Source: an uncultured virus (IMG/VR IMGVR_UViG_3300037418_002719) (Duplodnaviria > Heunggongvirae > Uroviricota > Caudoviricetes). From it: 20,000 nt of DNA. Under the pieces are notes generated by a model. It was not told where the DNA came from. It did no database searches and was given only the letters and a program-made list of their open reading frames with translations. Location: IMG/VR virus record IMGVR_UViG_3300037418_002719. One strand, written 5' to 3'. Shown one piece after another: positions 8,521-15,064 of this stretch (within the stretch, counting starts at the first letter, position 1; each line of letters begins with the position of its first letter). The position numbers and the translations under genes are program-made.

Positions 8521-8727
8521 CTACTTGTAGTCGGCTACGGTGTCGGCGTAGACGCGCTTACCGGTCGAGCGGCCGGCGGTGCCGGTCTTGCCTGCGACGC
8601 GGTAGTTGGGTGCCTTCTGGTCGGCCAGGTTGGTGAAGGTCTTCGCTGGCTTCGCAGAGTTGTTGCCCTGGGCCGGGCGAGCGACTGAGCGAGCGCGATT
8701 AGCGGTGGGCATAGTCTTTCGAGCCAT
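8521..8727 (-). CDS. Small basic hypothetical protein, 68 aa
   Basis: MARKTMPTANRARSVARPAQG...; ATG 7 nt after a TACTAT -10; bounded by terminators on both sides; the track's longer start at 8805 would run through the terminator. Confidence 0.75.
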   Translation of the reverse strand: MARKTMPTANRARSVARPAQGNNSAKPAKTFTNLADQKAPNYRVAGKTGTAGRSTGKRVYADTVADYK

Positions 8728-8734
8728 GCCAGAT

Positions 8735-8755
8735 ATAGTAGACCCCACAACGACA
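8735..8755 (-). promoter_or_regulatory. Putative late promoter TGTC-N11-TACTAT (leaderless)
   Basis: Motif copy overlapping the tail of the nrdJ terminator. Confidence 0.75.
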
Positions 8756-8779
8756 AGGACCGCCCGGAGGCGGCCCTTG
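8747..8779 (-). terminator. Intrinsic terminator after nrdJ
   Basis: CAAGGGCCGCC-TCCG-GGCGGTCCTTG stem followed by TCGTTGT. Confidence 0.75.
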
Positions 8780-8817
8780 CGTGACTTCAACGAACCTCGA
8801 ACCACACTAGAAGTGTA

Positions 8818-10737
8818 TCAGATTTCGCACGAACCAGCCATACAGGCAAGCTCCTGTGAGCCCTCTGTCATGTCGTCGCTCTCGTAGATCTCCAACAACG
8901 ACCAATCAACAGCCTTGGGCATTTCCGCGAGCAGTGCCTCGTACTCAGGCTTCGAGACCTCCTCGTATGGTGCCTGGTCGTAGGTGTGCTCCGAGTACGG
9001 CAGGAACGACAGTCCGACAACGATGTCGAAGTTCTCATACACCCAGTCACCGACTACGTCCCATTCGTCGTTGCGTACGTTGACCGTTACGGACGGGTTG
9101 TGGTCGCACCAATGCTCGGCGAAGACTTTCCAGTGTTCGAGCACATCGATTGCTGAGAGATCAGACCTAGTAACGGCCGTCTCCGGTGCCTGCTTTGGGT
9201 ACGAGAACACCCAGGTCTTATCGGGATTCATCACATCATCCTCACACGGCACGCCAGCCATGTAGAGAACATTGGCTACCGGGTCGTGCTTGTTGCCTCG
9301 ATTGCGGCGGATGTAGTATCGACCGTGCGCGGCATGCATTCCGTTTCCGTGCCCACCAACGAGTTCCGTTGAGTTCCCGGCCGGCTTCATGCACGTCCTG
9401 GCCAGCGACGCATTGATGCCAATGATCTCAGCGTACTTGGAGTTCGTAACCCTGACTACGTGGTTTAGTTGATCAAGGATGCGGGCCATCTCATCCTTAT
9501 CAGCCTTAGCGTTCAGCAAGGGCGAGTCCTGGACGCCGGTCATGCCGACACCGAGAAGGCGCTCTTCCTCAGAGTTCCTCTTCCAATCATCGCTGATGTA
9601 GCGGAAGTGTGTGAACGACGATTGGATTGTTCCGATCATCGTGGCAACTCGAACCTTTCTGGTGAGCGAAATCAAGTCATCCTCTGGTCGAACCGTGATC
9701 TGCGAGAGGTTGCAGAACTGTCGATCACGAAGGATGATCTCGCCGCAGGGGTTGAGTCCGAACTTGTAGAACGAGCGGCCCAACTTGGTGGCCTTCGCGG
9801 CGGCGGCTGCGCGGTTGAAGAACCCGCGCTCGCCGCTGCCTGAGGCGCGCAGCGCTGCCCACTCAGCGTTGAAGACTTCTCGCGACGGTCGACCATCCCA
9901 CGCCGCTGAGTTGTTAGCGAGCGCAAAGTGCTTGCGGTGGTCGTCGTTGTACCATTCGCCGGACTTGGCGTCGCGCATCATGAGGTCGTCGGGAGACGAC
10001 AATGAAATCAGCGCAGAACGACGAACGCCGCCCACAACTACGACCTCGCCCACCATACACATGATGGAGTGCGCCTCGATCGGCGTCAGACGACGACCAG
10101 CGGCGTGCTCGAACACACCAATCGTGTGCAAGAACAGCCGCACCAACGGATCAGGCCCAGAGGCACGCCCGCCAAAGGTCTTGAGCTTCGCGCCGGCCTC
10201 ACGCACACGCGAGACGTCAAACTCAGGGATGCGCCCCTCGTAGAGAGCGGAAATCAGGGCACGGAACGCGTATGCCCAGCCGTCCTTGGAATCCTCAACA
10301 ACAATGACATCATCGACGCGTACCAAGACCGCCGGAATCTCAGGAAGCTGCTCGACCTCGTCAGGCTCGACAGAAAAACCAACTCCGGTTCCGCACATCA
10401 AGATGTGCATGGCCTCGTCAAAGGCCTCCGGGCGATTTACAGCAATATATGAACAGTTGTAGGCGGCTGTAGCGTCGCGCTCCAACGCTGGCCCAGCGGT
10501 CATCAATGCGCGCATCGATGGTAGGACGTCGCGCGAAAGGATAGACGACCTGATCAGACCGTAGTCCTCTTCAGAGAGCGGTCTGTGGCGTCGCTCAAGA
10601 TGACTACGAACGTAATCAACAAAACGGTCAACGGTCTCTTCCCACGTCTCGCGGCGGGCTAGATCATCGCGCCAACGAGCGTACTTGGACTGGTGGATCT
10701 GCTGCTCATAAAGCGTCGGCAGCGCGTGCGACAACAT
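8818..10737 (-). CDS. nrdJ: Class II (adenosylcobalamin-dependent) ribonucleotide reductase, 639 aa
   Basis: KYARW..RRETWEETVDR, PSMRALMTAG, YNCSY, GGVRRSALIS, NPCGEI, FCNLS, KPAGNS, HNPSVTV, C-terminal CMAGSCEI; no small-subunit gene adjacent; SD AGGAG. Confidence 0.95.
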   Translation of the reverse strand: MLSHALPTLYEQQIHQSKYARWRDDLARRETWEETVDRFVDYVRSHLERRHRPLSEEDYGLIRSSILSRDVLPSMRALMTAGPALERDATAAYNCSYIAVNRPEAFDEAMHILMCGTGVGFSVEPDEVEQLPEIPAVLVRVDDVIVVEDSKDGWAYAFRALISALYEGRIPEFDVSRVREAGAKLKTFGGRASGPDPLVRLFLHTIGVFEHAAGRRLTPIEAHSIMCMVGEVVVVGGVRRSALISLSSPDDLMMRDAKSGEWYNDDHRKHFALANNSAAWDGRPSREVFNAEWAALRASGSGERGFFNRAAAAAKATKLGRSFYKFGLNPCGEIILRDRQFCNLSQITVRPEDDLISLTRKVRVATMIGTIQSSFTHFRYISDDWKRNSEEERLLGVGMTGVQDSPLLNAKADKDEMARILDQLNHVVRVTNSKYAEIIGINASLARTCMKPAGNSTELVGGHGNGMHAAHGRYYIRRNRGNKHDPVANVLYMAGVPCEDDVMNPDKTWVFSYPKQAPETAVTRSDLSAIDVLEHWKVFAEHWCDHNPSVTVNVRNDEWDVVGDWVYENFDIVVGLSFLPYSEHTYDQAPYEEVSKPEYEALLAEMPKAVDWSLLEIYESDDMTEGSQELACMAGSCEI

Positions 10738-10762
10738 GTACTCCTAGTGCTGAAAGTTATTA

Positions 10763-10832
10763 TCTCGGTCCCGGCGGGGCGTCCGCCGGAGAGGTGCGAT
10801 CGACGTAGTCGCCGTCTTCCTCAGGACCGAGA
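10763..10832 (-). ncRNA. Candidate structured cis-regulatory RNA in nrdJ leader
   Basis: 9-bp closing stem TCTCGGTCC/GGACCGAGA enclosing two hairpins, ending about 26 nt before the nrdJ ATG. Confidence 0.4.
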
Positions 10833-10976
10833 AAAGTATCAACCGCCATGCCTACGAAGCACGCAGGTAGTCCTAGTGTTCGTACCACCTTATAGGTGGT
10901 TATCAACCCAATACCCGCGGCCAGTTTGAGGCCGCTGATCGCTAGGGTTGCTTGGACTGACGGGTGTAGGAGACGC

Positions 10977-11225
10977 CTAGCCGGCGTCGGAGAGAAGGCG
11001 GTCCGGTGAATGCGCGGCGTCCCACTTCTCATAGTACTTCTCAAAATCGAGATGCGCCTTCTGGGAGCGCGCTTCGGAAATCTCCATCGGTGTCACGTTC
11101 TTACATAGTGAGGTGCGCTCACCACAAGATGGACACAACTTGTAGACATCCAAAACCGGCCAGTTGAGGGCGCAGATGGAACATCTACGCGCTCGCTCGA
11201 TCTCGTCGTGACGGTCAGCGATCAC
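10977..11225 (-). CDS. Zinc-ribbon hypothetical protein, 82 aa
   Basis: CSIC...CPSC; GTGA overlap with upstream gene; SD GAGG. Confidence 0.8.
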   Translation of the reverse strand: MIADRHDEIERARRCSICALNWPVLDVYKLCPSCGERTSLCKNVTPMEISEARSQKAHLDFEKYYEKWDAAHSPDRLLSDAG

Positions 11226-11380
11226 TCTTCCTCATTCTCCGCGATACCGTAGAGAAGAGCAAAGCTGATCGCCTCGTTGAGTAGCGCGAGCGCCGCCACC
11301 GGAACGCCAGCCCACGGCGACACCGAAAACACCAGCAGCGTCGCCAGGACCAGCAAGGTCGTCGACAGCGGGGCCGGCAT
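11222..11380 (-). CDS. Small membrane protein, about 52 aa, two hydrophobic segments
   Basis: MPAPLSTTLLVLATLLVFSVSPWAGVPVAALALLNEAISFALLYG; TGATG overlap with upstream stop. Confidence 0.7.
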   Translation of the reverse strand: MPAPLSTTLLVLATLLVFSVSPWAGVPVAALALLNEAISFALLYGIAENEEE

Positions 11381-11727
11381 CACGCGGCCTCGTCGAACGC
11401 CGACTTGAATCGCGGCCACAGCATACCTAGATCACAAACCAGGCAAACGCGCGCAAAGCCCGCGCCGCGCTCAAGCATGCTCTTACGCTTCTTGGATGTC
11501 TCGGCGACAGGATCGTACGTCACCACCGCCATAGTCTCGTTACCGCAGCCGCAGGTGTGGGCCTCGTCGAAGCCCTTGCCGCGCGGCTTCGGAAACCGAA
11601 CCAGTTGGCCCTCGCAGCGATCCGGCAGGATCGCGCCGCCTTGATGCTCGACCTCCTCAACGAGGACATTGAGGTCATCTAGTGTGAACTCAGGTCCGTT
11701 AGCACCAATATTGGGCTCTTCACTCAT
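11380..11727 (-). CDS. Cys-rich hypothetical protein, 115 aa
   Basis: CGCG and CLVC motifs; overlaps upstream gene; SD GAGG. Confidence 0.75.
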   Translation of the reverse strand: MSEEPNIGANGPEFTLDDLNVLVEEVEHQGGAILPDRCEGQLVRFPKPRGKGFDEAHTCGCGNETMAVVTYDPVAETSKKRKSMLERGAGFARVCLVCDLGMLWPRFKSAFDEAA

Positions 11728-12004
11728 CGCTTTCCTCGTTTTCGATCTCTACGTGCTCTCCGCAATGCGGGCAGTCGAATTCGAGCGAACCCAGATCCAA
11801 CATGAAGTCCAATTCAGGCTCGGGCCAGTCGCGTGCTACGACTTCTCGCAAGCGGTCCTTGACAACCGTGAGATAGCCGATAGCATTCTCAGGAGACATA
11901 CCATCGTAGGAGAATTGCGGCGCGGTCCCGTTCTCGTTGAGCACGACCTCGATGGTGATCGTGCCCACGACGGGAAGGTCTTGCTGCTCTTGCGTCTGCT
12001 GCAT
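11720..12004 (-). CDS. Acidic hypothetical protein with C-terminal CPHC, 94 aa
   Basis: ATG 11 nt after an extended -10 TGC-TAGACT; tiles with downstream ORFs. Confidence 0.75.
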   Translation of the reverse strand: MQQTQEQQDLPVVGTITIEVVLNENGTAPQFSYDGMSPENAIGYLTVVKDRLREVVARDWPEPELDFMLDLGSLEFDCPHCGEHVEIENEESDE

Positions 12005-12038
12005 GGGGTGTTAGAAGTCTAGCACCCCGGCGCTTTCG

Positions 12039-12236
12039 CTACCTGCGGCGGCGGCGTCGCTTTCTGCGCGACGGCGTCGTCTTCGGCGTGTTGCGCGGCT
12101 TGCCGCGCTGGTAGGAGTCGACGACCACGCGCGTCTTGCCGCGATCCGGGCCGCGCGGCGAGCGGGTGTGCGACTTCACGGCTACGCCGGTGCGCGATCC
12201 TGGCTTGCGCTTTCTCTTCTTTCGGCCTCGGGTCAT
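12039..12236 (-). CDS. Arg/Lys-rich protamine-like small protein, 65 aa
   Basis: 28 of 65 residues are R/K; two VxVxS(H/Y)xR repeats; directly after portal, with a late-promoter motif copy. Confidence 0.75.
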   Translation of the reverse strand: MTRGRKKRKRKPGSRTGVAVKSHTRSPRGPDRGKTRVVVDSYQRGKPRNTPKTTPSRRKRRRRRR

Positions 12237-12243
12237 GGTCGAC

Positions 12244-14478
12244 CTAGATTACCGCCTCGGGCGGCAGCGAGATCGGCGTGAATGCCCGGCGGCAGCGCGG
12301 GTGCTCCAGGCGACGCTCGCGTGCCTCGTCAATGGTCCATACTTGTCCGTCGGCGGCAATGCAGGGCTCGTCATGGTCTCGTCCATCGTGGACGAAGACG
12401 TGCGACTCGCCGTTCATCTCGGCTACCGTGAGCACGCCCTCGTTGTAGGCATGGACAGCCTCTGTCATGGCTACGGTCTCGGCGTGTCCACTACGCCAGC
12501 GGTCCATCTCGCCGCGGATGGCGCGCTCGATATCGCTCTTGGTCTGGCCGGCGCTCAAAGCCTCGGCGACCTTACGTGCGACATCATTACGAAGGTTGTT
12601 GATGATGGCGCGGAGGCCGCCCTTGCGGTAGACGACCTCACGGGCTACGGCCTCGTAATCGATTTCCTCGTCGGGGCGGCGTCCAACTGTTCCCTGCTGG
12701 ACCACCGAGGTAGAGACGGCTCGCTTGGTGGCCTTCTCCAGCGCACGAGCCATCAAGGACTGAAAACGAGTCCAGGCCGACGACTTGCGTAGCTTACTGC
12801 GGATTCTATCGCCCGGTGCCTTTCCCTCGACGGCGCGCTCAAGCTCATCCAACAGGTCACGCTCAAGCGAATGAATCGCTTCCTTGATCTCAGCGGTCAA
12901 CTCCGCGGTGATCGCGTCCACGGCGATGTCACGATCGCTCATCAGGACGTCGTCCGGGGGCGTGATACGCGACGCTAGATCATGACTGGCGGGTTCCATG
13001 GCCTTAGCGCCAGCGGCGATTTCCTCAAGCCGGGCGATGATCTCGTTGGCGTCGAAGGACTTGCCGGAGGCGACGGCTGTTCGCGACTTCGGCTTCGGCA
13101 GGCTGGTGTCGCGCACGCTGCGCGGGAAGGCGACCGTGTTCTCTGGGTTCGGAGGGCGGCCAGGTTCGCCCGCGAGGTTGAAGTCGGGGAAGCCGGCCGT
13201 GGTGTCGTCGGCGGTTCCATTCGGTCCGGGAAGGTTGATGACGAGGTCGTCGCGCTCGTCGCCAAGCGGGTCCAGCCCGGCGTACTTACGTACCTCGCGG
13301 ATACGGACGCCCGGCAGGGCCGCGAACGCGGACGAGAGGCGGAGCTTCTCCTCCTCGGGGATGATGTACTCGTAGTCGATCTTGAAGTCCATCTCCCAAG
13401 GCGACGTGATGCCCTTGGAGATCGCCTTCTGGAGCTTGTTCAACAACGGACGCATCGTCTTGTTATCGAAGATGCGCTGATCGGCGTTGCTGGTGCCGGT
13501 CGCGGCGGGCGCTGACGCGTAGCCCAGCAGCGAGGCCGGGACGCGGAACATGGCAAAGATCCGATCGCGTGAGAGGTTTGTGAGGTTCTCGAACGCCGCG
13601 TCGGTCGCCGACGGCGCGATCGACTGATACTTCAGTCCGGCTTCGAGCACCATCAGCGCGCCCGCATTGCGGGGGCCTCCATACATGGCGCGTAGCTGGG
13701 TCTGGAGGCGACGCAGCACGTCCTTCGGGACGCGGCGGTCGGACTGCACCACCATCGAAGGCTGGGCGCGCTTCTCGTAGTAGCTGGCCATCGTATCGGT
13801 GAGCGCTAGGTCCATGTCGAAGACCCGCGACCCGCCCTGGATGACGCCGAGCCCATAGTAGGGGTCGTGCGGGTTCGGCATCTTGAAGTGCATGACCTGA
13901 CTCGAAGGGATCTTCAGCTTGCCGGTCCCGGGAACAGAGTATTCATAGGACTCGATCCCCCATTGGCCGGGAACGACCTTGACCAGCGGCGGGGCGAGCC
14001 GATAAATCGCCAGCGGTCGACCCGACGAGTCCGGCCGCCACTTCAGCCAATATGCGTTGCCGGTGAGCAGGTAGTCGATCAGCGTTAGCTCGATCAACTC
14101 CTCGTAGCCCATGAACGGATTCGGGTCTTCGAAGAGCTTGCCTAGCAGGTAAGGGGCGGACTTGATCTCGTCCGGCGTGTGCGGCGTGCGGCGCGACTCC
14201 GGAATGTAAGAGACGCCCTTCTGCTCGAAGTGCCACTCAGCCGATGACGCGGTCTCCGTAATGAGGCGCACGCAGTCCATGACCCAATCGACAGCGTCCA
14301 CCTTGCCTCCGTAGGCGTTGAGGTGTCGCCCAGCCTCGCGCTGCGCAAACGGTGTCCGCGTCCGAGCAGGACCATCGACGATGATCGGCTGTGTCGGCCC
14401 GGCCATCAGGTCGGGTGTCGCAGGGAACGCCTTCTGGGCCGCGCCGGCCTGTGCTCGCATCATCGCCTTGAGGTCCAC
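12244..14478 (-). CDS. HK97-family portal protein fused to a C-terminal MuF (Mu gpF / SPP1 gp7) minor head domain
   Basis: Portal motifs PNPFM, LLTGNAY, VMHFK.PNP...YGLG, VLEAGLKY, IFAMFRVP, IREVRKYAGLDP; MuF motifs AETVAMTEAVHAYNEG, C...DG, HPRCRR. ORF is open to ATG 14523, but GTG 14478 lies 7 nt after a TAATAT -10 and is preferred. Confidence 0.93.
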   Translation of the reverse strand: MDLKAMMRAQAGAAQKAFPATPDLMAGPTQPIIVDGPARTRTPFAQREAGRHLNAYGGKVDAVDWVMDCVRLITETASSAEWHFEQKGVSYIPESRRTPHTPDEIKSAPYLLGKLFEDPNPFMGYEELIELTLIDYLLTGNAYWLKWRPDSSGRPLAIYRLAPPLVKVVPGQWGIESYEYSVPGTGKLKIPSSQVMHFKMPNPHDPYYGLGVIQGGSRVFDMDLALTDTMASYYEKRAQPSMVVQSDRRVPKDVLRRLQTQLRAMYGGPRNAGALMVLEAGLKYQSIAPSATDAAFENLTNLSRDRIFAMFRVPASLLGYASAPAATGTSNADQRIFDNKTMRPLLNKLQKAISKGITSPWEMDFKIDYEYIIPEEEKLRLSSAFAALPGVRIREVRKYAGLDPLGDERDDLVINLPGPNGTADDTTAGFPDFNLAGEPGRPPNPENTVAFPRSVRDTSLPKPKSRTAVASGKSFDANEIIARLEEIAAGAKAMEPASHDLASRITPPDDVLMSDRDIAVDAITAELTAEIKEAIHSLERDLLDELERAVEGKAPGDRIRSKLRKSSAWTRFQSLMARALEKATKRAVSTSVVQQGTVGRRPDEEIDYEAVAREVVYRKGGLRAIINNLRNDVARKVAEALSAGQTKSDIERAIRGEMDRWRSGHAETVAMTEAVHAYNEGVLTVAEMNGESHVFVHDGRDHDEPCIAADGQVWTIDEARERRLEHPRCRRAFTPISLPPEAVI
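12246..12266 (-). promoter_or_regulatory. Putative late promoter TGCC-N11-TAATCT inside the last portal codons
   Basis: Motif copy; ATG of the basic protein 9 nt downstream. Confidence 0.55.
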
Positions 14479-14485
14479 GGAGAGA

Positions 14486-14506
14486 ATATTATGCGCCGCC
14501 GTGCCA
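14486..14506 (-). promoter_or_regulatory. Putative late promoter TGGC-N11-TAATAT (leaderless GTG)
   Basis: Motif copy at the head of the structural module. Confidence 0.7.
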
Positions 14507-14509
14507 CCC

Positions 14510-14655
14510 CAAGTGGTACGCATCGGTGGTGGGTATTTCGAGCCTCGCTTGGTTCATGTCCACGCCACTTGGCCCCCTCTATAGGGGGCCGAAGTGTCAA
14601 GTGGTCAATCACCGCATTCTAGAGCCAAATTTTTTACCCACATTCGACCCACTTG
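14510..14655. repeat. Four CAAGTGG heptamers in alternating orientation plus a central inverted repeat
   Basis: CAAGTGG 14510-16 and 14598-604; CCACTTG 14565-71 and 14649-55; GGCCCCCT-CTAT-AGGGGGCC 14571-90. Confidence 0.6.
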
Positions 14656-14716
14656 AATCTGACGCCTGCGTCATCTTTGTTCCCTGAGCGCTGGTACGAA
14701 GCCCCGACGGCGGCTC

Positions 14717-14733
14717 TTGACATCTGGTACGCT
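14717..14733 (+). promoter_or_regulatory. Putative extended -10 promoter TGG-TACGCT (leaderless ATG at 14741)
   Basis: TGn-TANNNT 7 nt before an SD-less ATG at the head of the plus-strand operon. Confidence 0.6.
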
Positions 14734-14740
14734 TCCATGT

Positions 14741-15064
14741 ATGGCAGCAAGGCACCCAATCGACGACGAACTCGTCGTCGCAGAGGCCGCGGTGCGTCAC
14801 GCTCAGATGGTGCGCAGGTTTCACGCCAGGAAGTCGCCGAGAGGAAGCGCTCAGCGGCAGGCCGACCTTCAAGAGGCGCGAGAACGCCTCAGGACGGCGA
14901 TGAAGCCGCTGCGCTCATACCTAGGACGCGCCGCTTACAAGAATGCAACCAACTACAACGCTGATCTACATGATCGCGTGCGCGAGACGTCAGCGGCGAT
15001 GCAGAAGGAGCGCCGCAAGCTTCACAAGATGGCCGCGAGGAGCACGAATGCTAGACCACGATGA
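14741..15064 (+). CDS. Basic helical hypothetical protein, 107 aa
   Basis: MAARHPIDDELVVAEAAVR...; first gene of a tightly tiled operon. Confidence 0.75.
   Translation: MAARHPIDDELVVAEAAVRHAQMVRRFHARKSPRGSAQRQADLQEARERLRTAMKPLRSYLGRAAYKNATNYNADLHDRVRETSAAMQKERRKLHKMAARSTNARPR

Noticed and set aside
8818..10737. Intein or intron in nrdJ
   Set aside because: Motifs are contiguous in 639 aa, with no visible intein termini or frame break
10790..10826. Hammerhead ribozyme (CUGAGGA resembles CUGANGA)
   Set aside because: The required GAAA after stem II is absent (CGCAC instead)
10884..10900. NrdR box
   Set aside because: CAC-N7-GTG spacing rather than the CAC-N8-GTG of NrdR boxes, and no tandem second box
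10738..10976. Cobalamin riboswitch upstream of B12-dependent nrdJ
   Set aside because: No GGGAA core or GCCACTG B12-box sequence visible on the minus strand
10760..11044. 94-aa ORF upstream of nrdJ
   Set aside because: TTG start inside the upstream gene with no RBS, and it crosses palindromes and hairpins; a shorter peptide cannot be excluded
14490..14506. Sigma-54 promoter (TGGCAC...GC) upstream of portal
   Set aside because: GG-to-GC spacing is 9 nt rather than the required 10; better explained by the TGBC-N11-TAN3T motif
14479..14523. Portal start at ATG 14523
   Set aside because: No suitably spaced SD, and the extension would encode through the promoter; GTG 14478 fits the leaderless pattern
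486..14622. Many plus-strand ORFs opposite the structural genes (e.g. 2711-3445, 6073-6906, 12136-12792)
   Set aside because: Antisense shadows expected in high-GC coding DNA; no RBS or recognisable motifs
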